Origin: Eukaryota sp. GEM-RC1
Lineage: Eukaryota
Length of the DNA: 64,000 nt
Direction: 5' to 3'
NCBI GenBank assembly: GCA_040285855.1
Contig: JAUFOQ010000006.1
Span: forward strand, 1,364,001-1,428,000
The notes under the pieces were generated by a model. It worked only from the letters and a program-made list of their open reading frames with translations. It was not told where the DNA came from and made no database searches. Numbering within the stretch: position 1 is the stretch's first letter; each line of letters starts with the position of its first letter. The translations under genes and the position numbers were made by a program. Shown here in pieces: positions 48,301 through 61,366 of this stretch.

Positions 48301-48400
48301 TCACTGATTTGTAAGTTTTTCTTGTCTAACAGTGCACAATGAAGCGTAGAACAACCCTGAAGTTTGTTGTTGTCAAATTGTCCCCCCTACAATGTTAAAC

Positions 48401-48673
48401 CAAAGCTGCCCGTCATGACAAATTAGCAACTTATGTCATGACAAACGCAACATCGTTAAATTCAACATTTTTGATATAAAATAAATAGTCAAAGCTGATA
48501 ATCAACAGATGAATAAATAGTTAATTGTTTTGGAACATGACTGTATTAAACAGTATCTGTATTATGTTGAACCTACCTCTGTTTTTCAACCATGGGTGTA
48601 ATTATGTAATGAATGTCATGACGTCATGATAGTGGGGTTGTTGGTGTCAGCCTGTTTATGGTAGACAGCTGTG
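48401..48673. mobile_element. Decayed MITE with CATGAC repeats
   Basis: Ends CAAAGCTGCC / GACAGCTGTG; near-TSD TGTTAAAC / GTTTAAAC. Confidence 0.55.
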
Positions 48674-49307
48674 GTTTAAACTCAACAGAGACTGTTTGCA
48701 CAATAGAATAGTGTATTGTAGTACTTTGGTGTCCATGTACTTACTAACTTCGCTTTAAACCATATGGATAGTTGTCCCTTGCTGATTGTCAGTAATTATC
48801 ACTATAGAATGTCGAAAATGCAATATAGATTTACATTATTAAGGAAGAATTTGACATAATGGAACAAATCATGGTTATGTTCAAGATTGTGTATACTGCT
48901 TAGTACAAACAGTCTGTTTACAACGAACACACCACCGCAAGAATACTTGTTTTTCAAAGGAAAAGCATCCAAAGCAGACTGTTCACGACCATTAATTTGT
49001 CATTTCATACCATGTATTTCTAAATGTACTTACGTACATCAAGTTGCCGCAGTGCATTCACGAAGGCACAATAATATCGTCTCTCAGCCTTTTGCGGTAT
49101 CTGCATAAGAAAATGTTTAAATTTGTTTGAAAGTTTGTGTTCAGAATTTGGTAAGACGTTTAACATTGACGGAAATTTGCTGCTTCGATTTCTTAAGTCA
49201 ATGTATAAATATGTTGATTCCATTTTGGCCGAGTTGTTTGGTGGTAACTACTATTCGGAATTGGGTCGGTCGTTCGATAGTTTGTTTTAGTAGTCTTCAA
49301 TTAATTA

Positions 49308-49632
49308 TTTTGCTGTTTCTCTTTTTGGATCTATTAGTCCTGGGTGATCAATTTTTCAAGGTTTTCGATGAACTGTGTAAAGAAAAGAAGTGTAAGTTTA
49401 GAATGGCTGAATGGAAAAACCGTATAGTGTTTTCCATATATCGGAATATGCCTTTCTATTTCTCTCGATTAATTGAGAAATTGTACAAGTTTGATGTGAA
49501 GGTTAATCTTGAAAAACGTAATCTTTACCCGGGTGGTGATGAAGTCGTTTGGATTTAATCTTAGTATTATTTGTTTGTTTTTGCAATTTCATAGTTTTGT
49601 AGGATGGTTAACTTATTGGGTACCGAATTAAG
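49308..49632 (+). mobile_element. 3' fragment of CRE-like family A
   Basis: Colinear with 22534-22857. Confidence 0.85.
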
Positions 49633-49754
49633 TTTTCTAGTTTTAGTATTTGTTGTTTTCTTGTTGTGATTTTTTCTCCGCACATATATTCGTTCTACAA
49701 AATGTAATTACTTACAGAAATTCAAATTTTAACACATATAGTATACCCTCGATA

Positions 49755-50389
49755 CAGGGGTATGAAAACAATATTAGAATTTTCCAATATTACAATCAGT
49801 ATTGCTCCAATATTTATTTCCGCTCTTTGAAGTGGAGCAATATTTATTGTTACACCGGTTAATTATTGCAACATTTCAATATACTTTGAGTTGTTCATTT
49901 CCTTGTTTTGCATCACCATTTGGACTTCCAAACCCAGTTTTGTTATTTTATATTTTTTTTAAATTTAGAGAGTTGTTTTATTGGTAATGATTTCTAGTTG
50001 TTGGATTGTCATAATGTCCGTCATTCGAGCTCAGTTCGAGTGTTTACTGAAGTACAATGTAAATTCTTTTAGCTGAAGTGATTTTCTCTGAAGCCCGCCA
50101 GTCTTGAAATGCAAATACTGATGAAAGAAAAGAGTTATTATTGGGATGAAGTTACTTTAGGACAGATCAGGTGTCGTAAAAAATTCGAAGATGTAGATAA
50201 TGGTATTGAGATTATTTGGGATTCTTCTAATGATGATGGACAATAGAATAAGTGGGTTTATTTGTGATAAATACATATTATGATTCATAGTGTTGCAATA
50301 CTGAAATATTGCAATACTGGTTGAAGAATTGCAATATGAATGTTTTGTCTAAAATATGTTATACTTATTACAATAATGTTTTCACACTG
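49755..50389. mobile_element. hAT-like MITE, same family as 40289..40916
   Basis: Internal colinearity with 40289-40916; TSD CCTCGATA 49747-49754 / TCTCGATA 50390-50397. Confidence 0.85.
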
Positions 50390-50786
50390 TCTCGATATAG
50401 TGCCGCCCTGTTGGTAGACCTTAAATCGAAGGTGGCACTAAATCAAGGGCATCCTGTATTCTATTTGCAGTAAAAGATGAATACATTCTAATTCAGATTA
50501 GATCAAAGCGTTTGTTCTTTCTCTTTTTACGATTTTTCCGAACCATTTGCGAAATTCCACGTAAATTGATACAACAAAAGGGCATAATCCGTATCCAACG
50601 TTACCTTATCTTCAGTAGCTAATAGCTGTTGAAGGGCCAATAGTATTGATTTTGTAATTATCCAGTTGTTTACTTATTCAGAAATTGGTGTTTCATTAAT
50701 AATAACTGCATTGGTTACTTTAAAAAGAAATCAGAATGCCTATGAAGAATGAAACATATGATATGTTAAGTCAACAACATAATTTA

Positions 50787-51930
50787 TTATAAAAACTCCA
50801 TCGCTTCCTTCTTTTTACGTTGTTTTTTACGATGCTGGTCCTTCACCTTGGCAACTGTCTTAAAACGACTAACACGTTCTGCCTTCTCCAATGGCTTCTC
50901 TGCCGGTGTCTGTACAATAGGTATATCCGCCATCCCAAAACTAGCTCTTAAAGGGACACTCATTGAGAGATGTTCATAGACACCCCCTTGAGAATACTTT
51001 TTAATAAATCATAGACAAATAGCTGTTTCCAATTAGTCAATTCGATATCAAATGTATCGATAACTATTGACTTATCAGGGCATTACCTGTCTCAATCGTG
51101 TCTAAAACAGCAGTAATATGTCGTTTTCTATCAAGTCGATCGTCCTTTGCAACACGTCGATGTGACTGTTCCAACACTTCCTGTAGTTTCACCACGCATT
51201 GACTAGGGATATCATGTCTTCTACTCACTCTAGTAAGATATTCAGCAAGAATTGCGATAACAGTAGAAGCAGAATTCTGAACAGCAACCTCTGGGTGGTC
51301 CAGAAAACCACATAGTTGTGGGAAGAAGGGAATACATCGAGCAGGAACTGTGATGGCCAATGCAGAAAGAACAAGAAGAGGTCCGTTGTTGTTGTAGCTC
51401 ATTCCCTGAGATATACACACACGTTGGCACCAGACAAGAGTGTCTTCGATAACCTGATCGTCAACTACAACAAAGGAAATGGCGGTAGCAAGGGCTTGAA
51501 ACGCATTGTAATGGAAATGGGGAGATTGTTCTTCTGTTAGAGCTTTAATGTCATCAATGCAGTTAACAACAAATTCCTCAGCATCGGTGAAAAGTGTAAT
51601 GCATACAGCTTGACATAATCGTAATAAGGGCTCTGTATCCACAGTTCTTTTCTTGAACTCACGTTTACAAAGCTGACTGAGACTAAAGGTGCGATCAATA
51701 AGGGCTTCAGCGAGATAAGAAGATGTGAGTTTTGTTGTGATGCTGTGAATTACAGCAGTACGAGTAGCAGAGCGGCGTTGAGTTAGTACGATATCAATTT
51801 CGGACTGTAAAGCTTCAATTTGCATTGCATGACGATCGATAGGTTCAAGAGACAGTTCTTCCAGTTCTTCAGTTTCTTCTTCTTCGAGTTCTTCTTCTGG
51901 AGATTTTTTGTTAGACTTACGTCGACCCAT
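50787..51930 (-). CDS. IFRD (interferon-related developmental regulator)-like ARM-repeat protein; frameshifted 3' end
   Basis: RRSATR..A, LDHPEVAVQNSA..IAILAE, SHRRVAKDDR; C-terminal basic KVKDQHRKKQRKKK. Confidence 0.68.
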
Positions 51931-52589
51931 TTTAAGAGAGTTCGCAGAAAAGGAAAAGTGGAAAGTGAATCAGCAAAAAATCATCCTGCATGACAAACCG
52001 TAAAATAAAAATAGCGTATTTAGGGAAATGTCGTAAATACGGTACGGTACTTACTATTGCTTTCCGTAAAATAGAGTTGCCCGTAAAACACGGAAAATAT
52101 TCTCGGTAAAACATTTCCGTAGAATGTGTATTTTCCAGAAACAATGCCAAGACGATGATTATCAAAAACTTCTTCACGAAGCTGGAAGACCCACTACACC
52201 CTCACAGGTTCCATATTGTAATCTCTTCTGACCACTACAAGTGCAAGTACTGTCAACCCATTTTTTCACTTGGATAAAGAAGGGTAAGGGATACACCGAT
52301 ACTCTGTTTCATACCAAAGCTGACCATTTTGATTACTATCAAAGTTTTGAATCTTCAGAACATCAGAAAAATATTGTTCAATAATGAAAAAAACTTATCA
52401 ATGAAGGGGGCAAAAGTACACATCATAATAAAATAATTTATTGGAATTTAAAGTTCGTTATCTACTTCTATGGAAATCTAAAACAATCTTACTGTCTTCA
52501 GAATGATCTTGGACACATAGTCTTCAGAAAATTGTTGATGGTCCTCACTCTTTGGTCTGTGTTATTTCCATTCTCAATTTCAGAAACTC

Positions 52590-53950
52590 AACAAAGATCT
52601 ACTTTCTCACTATGTATCCATAAACTAAAGAAAAAAATTGTCTCCTATCATGAAAGTTTGGAGTATGAGAATCGTATTAGCTTGGTTAAGATTAAAAATC
52701 CCGCTTTTTGTGCTTTTTTTAACGGACATTTCGTCAGTTTTTTCAGATTCTTTTATCACACAGATTCCCCAAAAATTCTATTTTAATCTCAAAGATCATG
52801 AGTGGCTTATAATTATGCGTCTTAGGTTGGGTTTATGACTTTCTGGCCTCCTGAAGCGCCACTTTTCATCATGAAAATTATATTATTATTATTTATTTAT
52901 GAAAATAAAATTATTCACGAGGCGTTAATCAAATTACCTTTTGACGTTTGATCTCAGTGTTTCCCAGAATCTGTGTCTGAAATACCTGAAAGATGTTTAA
53001 CTAATCTTCAGTTCTGTCTGAAAAAATTACAACAGAAACTTACAAATATTTTTGAAAGCTTGGATTATAATGTTCGACTGGGCATGGCCAAGGAAAAATC
53101 CCGCTTTTGCAAATTTCTTAACGGATGTTTCTAATAGCTCTGCTTCATGTCTGATTACTAAAATCCTACACGTTTACGGTCTTCTTCTTGATGATAACTC
53201 TTGGCCATTAAACATGCGTTTACTGTCATATATTTGGCCTGATAACCTTCCACATAATTTGAAATGCCAATGTGGGCAATCTGTAACACCTACACATTTA
53301 TTGAATTGTAACCGTTTTATTTCTTTTAGAAGTAAGGTTCATGATTCAGTAAGGGATCAATTATATTGTATGTGTAAATCTTATGGAATAGTTTCCTTTT
53401 AGAACCAGTTCTGGCTAATTTGTTTGATGATACAGATGTTGACAAATCGTTTGGAAATAGTCGTGGTGATGTCATTTTTCCTGGTCTCGATGGATCTTTC
53501 ATTATTGCTGATGTTGTGTCTATCGATGTTTGTAATGATTCCAACAAGAAACTTGCTAAATCTAATGCTAAAAACCCCTTATTGATTGGTGAAAAATTTG
53601 AAATGCAAAAATATTGTGCTAAATTGAAATTATTGAATTCGGCTTCACACTCGAATTATTTGTTGTACCCTTTTGTATTTTCACTATACGGTTCTTTTGG
53701 TGAATCTGCACCATCATTACTTGAAATCTTTGTGAAGATTGTAAAAGAAAAAACATCTAGGACTTTTGATCTTAGATTTTGGAAAAATCGAATCGTGTTT
53801 GCTATCTTTAAAGGTATGGTGACTTCTGTATCTAGCGCTTTATTATCTCTTGGCAGACATTATGAAGATAAGGTATGTGAAAATTTCCAGTTAGGCAATC
53901 TGGACTTTGAGGATATTGATTATTAGATGTATGTACACTGTAGTGTTATT
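52590..53950 (+). mobile_element. RLE non-LTR family B, 5'-truncated, with a related fragment at 52590-52850
   Basis: KNPAF, WPLNMRL, CQCGQSVTPTHLLNC, VHDSVRD, SRGDVIFPG, YPFVFSLYG, FWKNRIVF. Confidence 0.85.
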
Positions 53951-54008
53951 GTCTATTACATTTAGAATGAATAATTCGTTATAAAAAAAAATTAGAAAGA
54001 CATAAAAG

Positions 54009-54960
54009 CAGGGAGGCGAAAAAATATATTGTTATTTTATTTATTGCAATAAATATTCACAATAAATTTATTGTTGGTCAAAACAATAACAATATATTTA
54101 TTGTGAGTCCCAGCAATAAACAATAATATTGCAATAATATTGTTTATTGTGACAATAATTTTCATCACTAAAATCATCCATCTGTTTGATGTTACATGCA
54201 ATTTTGCTTCCATTTGGGAGTAAGAAGATGTGTTGTGGGAAAAGTAGTCCTCTGAAGAGCTTTCACTTCAGGAAAAACAACCTAGACAAAAGAGTATACT
54301 ATTTGTTTAAGTCAAATTGAAGACTGTTTGGCTTTTAAACTGCCGTAGTTCAACAAAGTCTAAACGGCAATCAAGAACTGATGACCGTAAGAGTGAGAAA
54401 CATTCAGAAGAACTTTTTGCGTGGGACATACCAAGCAAGTCGAACGACTATTTAGTCGTGCTAACGTGACTACTGAAACCCTTCGCAAAAGACTATATAC
54501 ATCAAGTCTGGAAAAACAACTTATTTTTTGAAAAAAAACGGATTTATGTGCGGAGAAAAACACATAATAAGAAAACAACAAATAAATGAACACTATTAAA
54601 ACAAATTATCAAACGAACTACCTAATTTCGAAAGGTAGTTGCCTCCAAACAACTTGGACAAAATGGAATCAACATATCTTTTATTGATGTATAACTCTCA
54701 TCTATGGTGAAGATACTGTTCGCAAAAGTCGTAATACTAACCCTTGACTTAGTTGTTGGACAACGAAGGAGATTCTTCGGATGATGGCGAATAGACCACA
54801 AAAAAATGAGTCATCGGATTGCGTAGAAATATTGCCAATATATTTATATATTTATTTGTAAACTTGACAATACCAATATATTTATTGTTGGCCACAACAA
54901 TAACAATATATTTATTTTCGTCGTGAACAATAATTTATTTAAATAAATATATTTTTTCCA
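54009..54960. mobile_element. hAT-like MITE, right end damaged
   Basis: Starts CAGGGAGGCGAAAAAATATATT; dense CAATA/TATTG subterminal repeats at both ends; no TSD seen. Confidence 0.55.
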
Positions 54961-55109
54961 GATAGGCAATTTGAACTATGAGGATATTGATTATTATTAG
55001 ATGTATCATACACACTCATCATGTATGTGCACATAAGTGTTGTTATTAATAAAATATTGTCAATAAAACTCGACGAAAGGATAATCCTTGTTTTTAAAGA
55101 AAATATTTT

Positions 55110-55213
55110 ATTGACAACAACACTACAGTGTACAGTACATACATCTAATCATCAATATCCTCAAAGTCTAGACTGCCTGACTGGAAATTTTCACCTACCT
55201 TATCCAGGATAAT
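55110..55213 (-). mobile_element. 3' end fragment of RLE family B
   Basis: Matches 29500-29595. Confidence 0.65.
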
Positions 55214-55434
55214 CTTTGTGCACACATGTGAAGACCATTGCTAATCCACTTTTCTGAAGTACTTGTCAAGCAGTGATTGCTGTTGTCGGCATCTAAGATG
55301 GTGTGTGAATCACCAATCATTACAGTGTAATCAAAATAAGTTATTTTTAATCAATAATTACACTAGCAGTACACTTTCTTTTCAGAAAGAAAAAGACCCT
55401 CAAAAACAAAAACTAAAACAATAAAACACCACTT

Positions 55435-56662
55435 CTAAACATCAAATGATATAGACCTAACTGAAAAATCTCCTAAATTCAACACAACAGCACTCTTAGC
55501 CATTTTAAACGAAGGGACAACCACCAACAACACCCGCTGACCTCCTACCTCAACCTCCTTACAACTAAACTCCTTCCCTGAACCAAACAACACCCTGGGC
55601 GTCTCCTTAAAGACAAGAGGATCTACATCAGAAGGAACTAAGTCTAAAGTACATGGAGCAGTTGGAGCGAAGTGAGAAGAACGCAGCAAGAGCTCGAGAA
55701 CATCAATTTCAGAAAGATTGGTGTACTTTTGAATATCAGTAATCATAACCCCACTAGTTCCATACATCACACACTCCTTACTACCATCAGAAACTCCAAG
55801 AGAGTATGGATTCCGGCATCGATTGATTCCCTTCCGACTAGGTAGAAGAGACTTAAAGAAGGGGGGGTTGGGGAAGGGAGCAAGGACAGGGATCGTAGGG
55901 ACCCGGGATGAGGTCTACTTCGGTTGAGGTTGAGTCAAGAAGCTTAGAAAGCCAGTCAAGGGAAAGAGTGTGGTTTCCTTGTTTGAAGGAAGTAATGAGA
56001 CCAGAGTCATTACCATCATGACTAGATGAGTAGAAGAGACCGCCGCTGACTATGAAACGAGAAGGAGGGAGGTGGAGAGTTGATGAAAGGTGAGGGGAAA
56101 CGCCGGCAAGGAAATCAGCCAAGACATGAACAGCAGCTAGAGGACAATCAGTATCGTTGAGAGCCAGGTCTGAGACTAAGACAATGCTAGTTGAAGGAAT
56201 AGAAGGACAAGGTCCATGTGAAGCAGGAGGTCCTGGAAGTTTGATATCTGTAACAACGAAATGCTCGCCTGAGTCAGCTTCGTAGCCCAAGACTGCCACA
56301 GGTACACCAGAAACTAATTTTGAAGGAAGTGATGGGTCTTCGAACCTTAGATTGACAGAGCCTGAGGTATCTTCAAGAGATGTTTTGATTTCTTTTATCC
56401 TGGCTGATTCAACATCAAATTCAGCCAATACACTTGGTTGATTTGGAGTTTCTTTATGAATTGTGCCAAAAGCGATACATAGAGTGTTGGCTACGTCAAG
56501 AACACGTTCAACAAGAGGAGGTGCATTGTCTTTGTTCATCCAAGGAGAGATGGCAGACATGAGTTGGGGTTTAAGCTGATTTAATCTATCATTATAGATT
56601 GAAAAGTACTGGCACTGTATATTGGGACTTGAAGAGCGGAAGTCGTCCCTAAGTTTGAACAT
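55435..56662 (-). CDS. POLD2: DNA polymerase delta small subunit (frameshift at G-run ~55861-55868)
   Basis: QYFSIYNDRL, GTIHKE..QPSVL, LEDTSG, LVSGVPVAVLG, VDLIPGPYDP..LPQ.P, GTSG, HFAPTAPCTL, DPLV..TP, VPSF. Confidence 0.92.
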
Positions 56663-57309
56663 TAAGAAAGAAGAAAGTCAAAAGAGAATGTAGTAATTGA
56701 TTGTTAACGACTGGTTTGTTTCTTCATAAGCGTCATACATGAAAAGTTTTGTCCGTGTTAGTACGATTTATTGAAAGTTGAATGTCGATCTTCTAAGGAT
56801 ATAGAAAGGGATGAACCTGTTTGAATGAGAATCAATGTTCTACATATGTTTACTGCAGTAGGAGATTCGCTGATCTTGTTTATGATTATTCAGACTTTTT
56901 TATATTCAACGTTGTGGTGAATTCGTGAATTCAAGTATGAGAGACGAACAATTTGGCGAAAGCTAATTTTTGGGGAATATTCATTCAAGATAGGAGGGTT
57001 CATTGACCAGGGCTGTCCAAATATTTTCGATTTTCGTTCCATAAAATACCGTAAATTGAAAATCATGGAATTAATTTACAGAACTTGAACATTACGGAAA
57101 TTAATTTACGCTTATTGAAATATATTATATTGCAATAAATATTGCACGTCTTTTGATGCGCAATATATTTATTGCAACAAAGGGTTTATTGCAATTTATT
57201 GCAATATATTGCAATATATTGCAATATGTCACAACGAGATTTATGCAGAGTATCTCTATTGTCATCACTCAACACATACTTCAAGCAATGAGATTTGAGG
57301 AAACTGGTA

Positions 57310-57429
57310 CACTGGTCACAATATTTAGTCTCAGTGGAAAATTAGTCTCAGTGAGACTAATTTATGAATAGACCATTTTGAAACTAGGTTATGTATTAGT
57401 CTCACTGTGACTAATTGTTGTGACCAGTG
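57310..57429. mobile_element. 120-bp Tc1/mariner-type MITE
   Basis: TIRs CACTGGTCACAA..TTAGTC.CAGTG and its reverse complement, flanked by TA at 57308-57309 and 57430-57431. Confidence 0.75.
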
Positions 57430-57967
57430 TACATGTGTTTATTTTCGTATCAATAAAGACAGGTTCCAATCATAGTGGCACCCAGCGATACAATTCATTT
57501 TTTTCGATCCCTGCCCAGAGTCTGTACCAGGAAGCGGAAAGTCTTATCATTCAGTAGGTGGGGCTGTAATGAACGTGGTATACGTACGTGACGAATCGCT
57601 AAAAAGTTGAAACATGCATATACATTACATCATAGGAACCATTGAAGTAAATAAGTATTGATACCAAAAGAAGAGCAAAGTAGAAAGATCGGTTGTGAAG
57701 TCTGAGCGTACATTGTGATCAGAAGCGGTGTCAAGATTTACAGTACGTTAAGAAGTATAATTAATGTTCTTATGCATGTATCTGAAAGGGTAACCGACTA
57801 AAAGCTCTGACGGTCTGCTACATGTAGTCGTTGATTTTCAGTCAGTAAATTTCAGAAGGACGTCTCAATTTCTTACACTTTCACGAACCAAATTTTACCC
57901 AAAATATTGCAATATATTGCAATTATTTATTGCAAGCATCTCAGTTTCCAATATATTTATCGCAAAA

Positions 57968-58175
57968 GAGAGAAGAGATGTTTATTCGGCACCCAATAAG
58001 GTAACCTTCCTACAAACTATGAAATCGTAAAAACAAACAAATAATACTAAGATTAAATCCAAACGACTTCATCACCACCCGGTAAAAGATTACGTTTATC
58101 AACATTAACCTTCACACCAAACTTGTACAATTTCTCAATTAATCTAGAGAAATAGAAAGGCATATTCCGATATAT
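57968..58175 (-). mobile_element. Severely 5'-truncated recent CRE-like family A copy
   Basis: Near-identical to 27240-27441; GCAAAA on both flanks (57962-57967, 58176-58181). Confidence 0.88.
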
Positions 58176-58317
58176 GCAAAAATCACAATGATCACATTTT
58201 CCAATATATTTATTGTACATTTTTTAAGCTAAAAATATATTGCAATATATATTTATTTCGATCCCTGTATCGGTCAATTTATGACGAAAAAGATTTTTAT
58301 TTATGGGGTGTCTCAAG

Positions 58318-58858
58318 TAGAGCTGGGCATTCGACTAGTCTACTGACTACGGACTAGACTAAGCTTTTAGTCTAAATTGTAGTCTACTCTCTTAGTCTTA
58401 GTCTAGTCCGTAGTCTGATCATTCAATATGTAGTCTACTCTGTAGTCTGTTCATAATAAATAAGTGTCATCATTAGTCTACAATTTTTAACACAATGTCT
58501 GAACCTGATGTCAAACTGCACAGACTTTCTCTACAACCATTGTCTCCAAAACAGAGTTGGAACGGTCATTAATTCTATAAGCCATCAGCAAGTGGCAATC
58601 AGAAGCACTGCTCTCCTTTGTGCTCCGGATGGTAAAACCATCCAGCGCTTGTTTGTTTAAAATCTTGGGTTGATGGTGCTTTCGATGCTTCTAGTGTTTC
58701 AGTAGAATTTTTGATATAAATACAAACTATTTAGTCTGCTATTTAGTATCTTTCTCTCGTCTAAGTCTACTCCGTAGTCTATTGGTGTAGTGTGTAGTCT
58801 AGTCGGTAGTCAGTGACTTTAGTCTAAGTCTAGTCTAGTCAGTCTGTGCCCAGCTCTA
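58318..58858. mobile_element. hAT-like MITE with TAGTC repeats
   Basis: Perfect TIR TAGAGCTGGGCA; perfect TSD GTCTCAAG 58310-58317 / 58859-58866. Confidence 0.93.
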
Positions 58859-58997
58859 GTCTCAAGTTCGAAATCAAAATGCGCACGTAAAATGCGCGCA
58901 TTTGGCGCATTTTGACGCATTTCATTTCTGGAAAAAGTGCGCATTTGACAGCACTCTAGCTGGACTTTTCTATTCTTTTTTTATTCATTTTTTATCA

Positions 58998-59725
58998 ATG
59001 ACGATGGCTCACAGCCTCTTCAATGTGTTTCTAGGAACATTTTCATTGTATTTCTGTCTCCGTATCCATCAGCGATACCGCGAATCTCTTCAACGATCGT
59101 TGTTCAATTTGTTTCTGATGTTTTTGTGTTATACATTGTCCGGCTTTTTGTTTGCCTTCTACTATTTCTCAGAAGACAGTGTCCATCCTTATTTTGACTT
59201 TGTCATTAGGCAATTAACACACTTTACCCTACTCCTTTCAGGGATATTTCTTCTCACAACCACGTTGTGTGTATTTGTAAAACATAGAACCCGTCGATCT
59301 TATCGGACTTTCATAATATGTCTTTCAACTCTTCCCTTCATTTATTCCATATACGAACAGATCTTTATTCAGAATGGATATCCATATGATACTATCATCC
59401 TGTTGTACACTGGACTCATCGCAATTAACACCATTTGGACCACGATTAGATTGCTCCTCCCCTTTCAGTCCACCACTCGTTATAAGAGAACTTATTGTTT
59501 GATTTGTTCAATGAGTTCCTTTTTGCGTTTGCAGGAACCTTTCTGTACTTCCTCATTGACGAACATAGTAACTATTCCCTGGATAGTGGTGATTACTACC
59601 ATTTAGCTTCTGTTGTCTATGTGTGTCTGCTTTATCTTCTTCACCCGAATTGTTTAGATCCAATTGACCAGGTCCTTTTGTGCGAGGATGATTTTGGAGA
59701 GTTTTTGATTACAAATCTAGTGTAG
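58998..59725 (+). CDS. Hypothetical multi-pass (about 7 TM) membrane protein, one frameshift ~59490-59520
   Basis: Successive hydrophobic segments across ORFs 58902..59606 and 59495..59725. Confidence 0.6.
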
Positions 59726-59858
59726 TCTTTGTATATAACTTGATGAATTAATTTATTGATAAACATGTATTTGAGTGCGTGAGTAACAATAATTCTGTCG
59801 CAGAGAAGAGATAATATGTACACTGAAAAGGAGAAGCGAGATGCCTTCATGAGGAATG

Positions 59859-60083
59859 CTAAAGGCCAGCTTTAAGCATCATGTATAGAATAAGGATTGT
59901 GAGACCAACAACACAAAAGTCTAGAACAACACCAACTCGTATTCCTGAACCGGATTTACGCTTTCTGTAGGTAACTAAGAACTCGCGGTCCTTTCGACGT
60001 TCTTCTAGTTCCTCTTCATCCACAAGATGATCAGGCAACGAGGCCATTTTTTCCTCTTTGTCAGATATGAGACGACTTTTCAT
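59859..60083 (-). CDS. Small tail-anchored hypothetical protein
   Basis: Charged N-terminus and C-terminal hydrophobic helix; divergent from the p24 gene. Confidence 0.45.
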   Translation of the reverse strand: MKSRLISDKEEKMASLPDHLVDEEELEERRKDREFLVTYRKRKSGSGIRVGVVLDFCVVGLTILILYMMLKAGL

Positions 60084-60139
60084 GGACTGGAATGCTGGTA
60101 GAAGAAATTGAAGTGGAAATTTTTGCTTCACCCATTTAG

Positions 60140-60767
60140 ATGCACATTCATCTCGTTCTTCTGCTGTCTTTGGCAGTCTTATCCTACGGATTCACTTTTC
60201 GAATTGAACCTACCAAGCGAGAGTGTTTTTATGAGGAAATTCCGAAAAATACCCCCGTTTCAGGATCCTATCAAGTCACAGCCCATGAACAACTTCAAAT
60301 CGATTTCCAAATTCTCGGTCCCGATCAAAGTAGTCCCATAGTATCTACTGAAAAAAAAGCCGAAGACGCTTTTTTCTTCCAAACTACTCAAGATGGTATC
60401 TATCAGTTCTGTTTCCGCAACCAAATGACTCATAAAATCTCAAAGCTCATCACCTTTACCCTTAAAGTCGGCGCTGAAGAGAAGAACCAGTTTGCCAAAC
60501 AGGAGCATCTGACTCCAATCGAGCAGTCCGTTGTCAAAATGCGTGAACTGTTGGAGGATGTCATCCAGGAGCAGCACTACATGAAAGCCCGGGAACGTGT
60601 TCATCGTTCAAGTTTGTTAACTCTTCCTTTTTCTTATCTTAGCTACGGAATCTACTAATAATCGTGTTCTATGGTGGTCGCTCTTTGAAATGCTAGTTTT
60701 GATCGTTTTTTCATTAGGTCAGATCCTTTATTTGAGACGAATGATAGAAGCTAAACCTGCTGTTTAG
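60140..60767 (+). CDS. p24/TMED (emp24/gp25L) GOLD-domain cargo receptor, 1 intron
   Basis: Signal peptide, ECFYE, GIYQFCFRN, EQHYMKARERVHR; removing intron 60612-60642 gives TESTNNRVLWWSLFE + TM. Confidence 0.92.
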
Positions 60768-61366
60768 TGTGTGTATTTTCAATAAAATAAATGGCATTTG
60801 GTTATTTCGTTTGTTGAATCTATCAGTATTATCAATTTTCAAACTGTACATACTATTAATAGTAGACGCATTTTGAGATGTTTCCGCATCGTTGACCTCC
60901 ACGCCAAGTGCAGTGTGATTTAGAGATTTTTCAAAAATTGTTTTCTGGTTTTCATCACTTGCAGGACGGGGCATAATTGAAACATGATTCCATGCCTCAG
61001 AACATTCCAAGCATTCTGAGGTTTGCAGATGTCGCTGGAGAGATCCATATGTTTTTAACGCACTTTTATCATCATCATTGTAGTTACAATACTTGCGCTC
61101 AATTGGAAGATATGCATTTTGACGTGATTCATTTTTGAATACTAGTACTGTACATGTACATGTATGTGCAAATTTGACAATACAGGAATCTACAACAAAT
61201 AATGGGGGTTACACTAAAAAATAGTGATTAATAGATTGCATCATGTTGAAACCCCCAAGACCTACTTACTTGTTCGGCACTTCCACGATTCAAAATACAT
61301 TCTATACATATTCATTTTATCGTTACAAAAACCGTTATTGGCAAAAATAAAAACTACAAAATCATT

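Larger units (their letters stand above)
57008..58267. mobile_element. Composite hAT-like element with ATTGCAATAT subterminal repeats, containing nested insertions
   Basis: Ends CAGGG.. / ..CCCTG; repeats at 57120-57225 and 57900-58255; no TSD match, boundaries uncertain. Confidence 0.5.
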
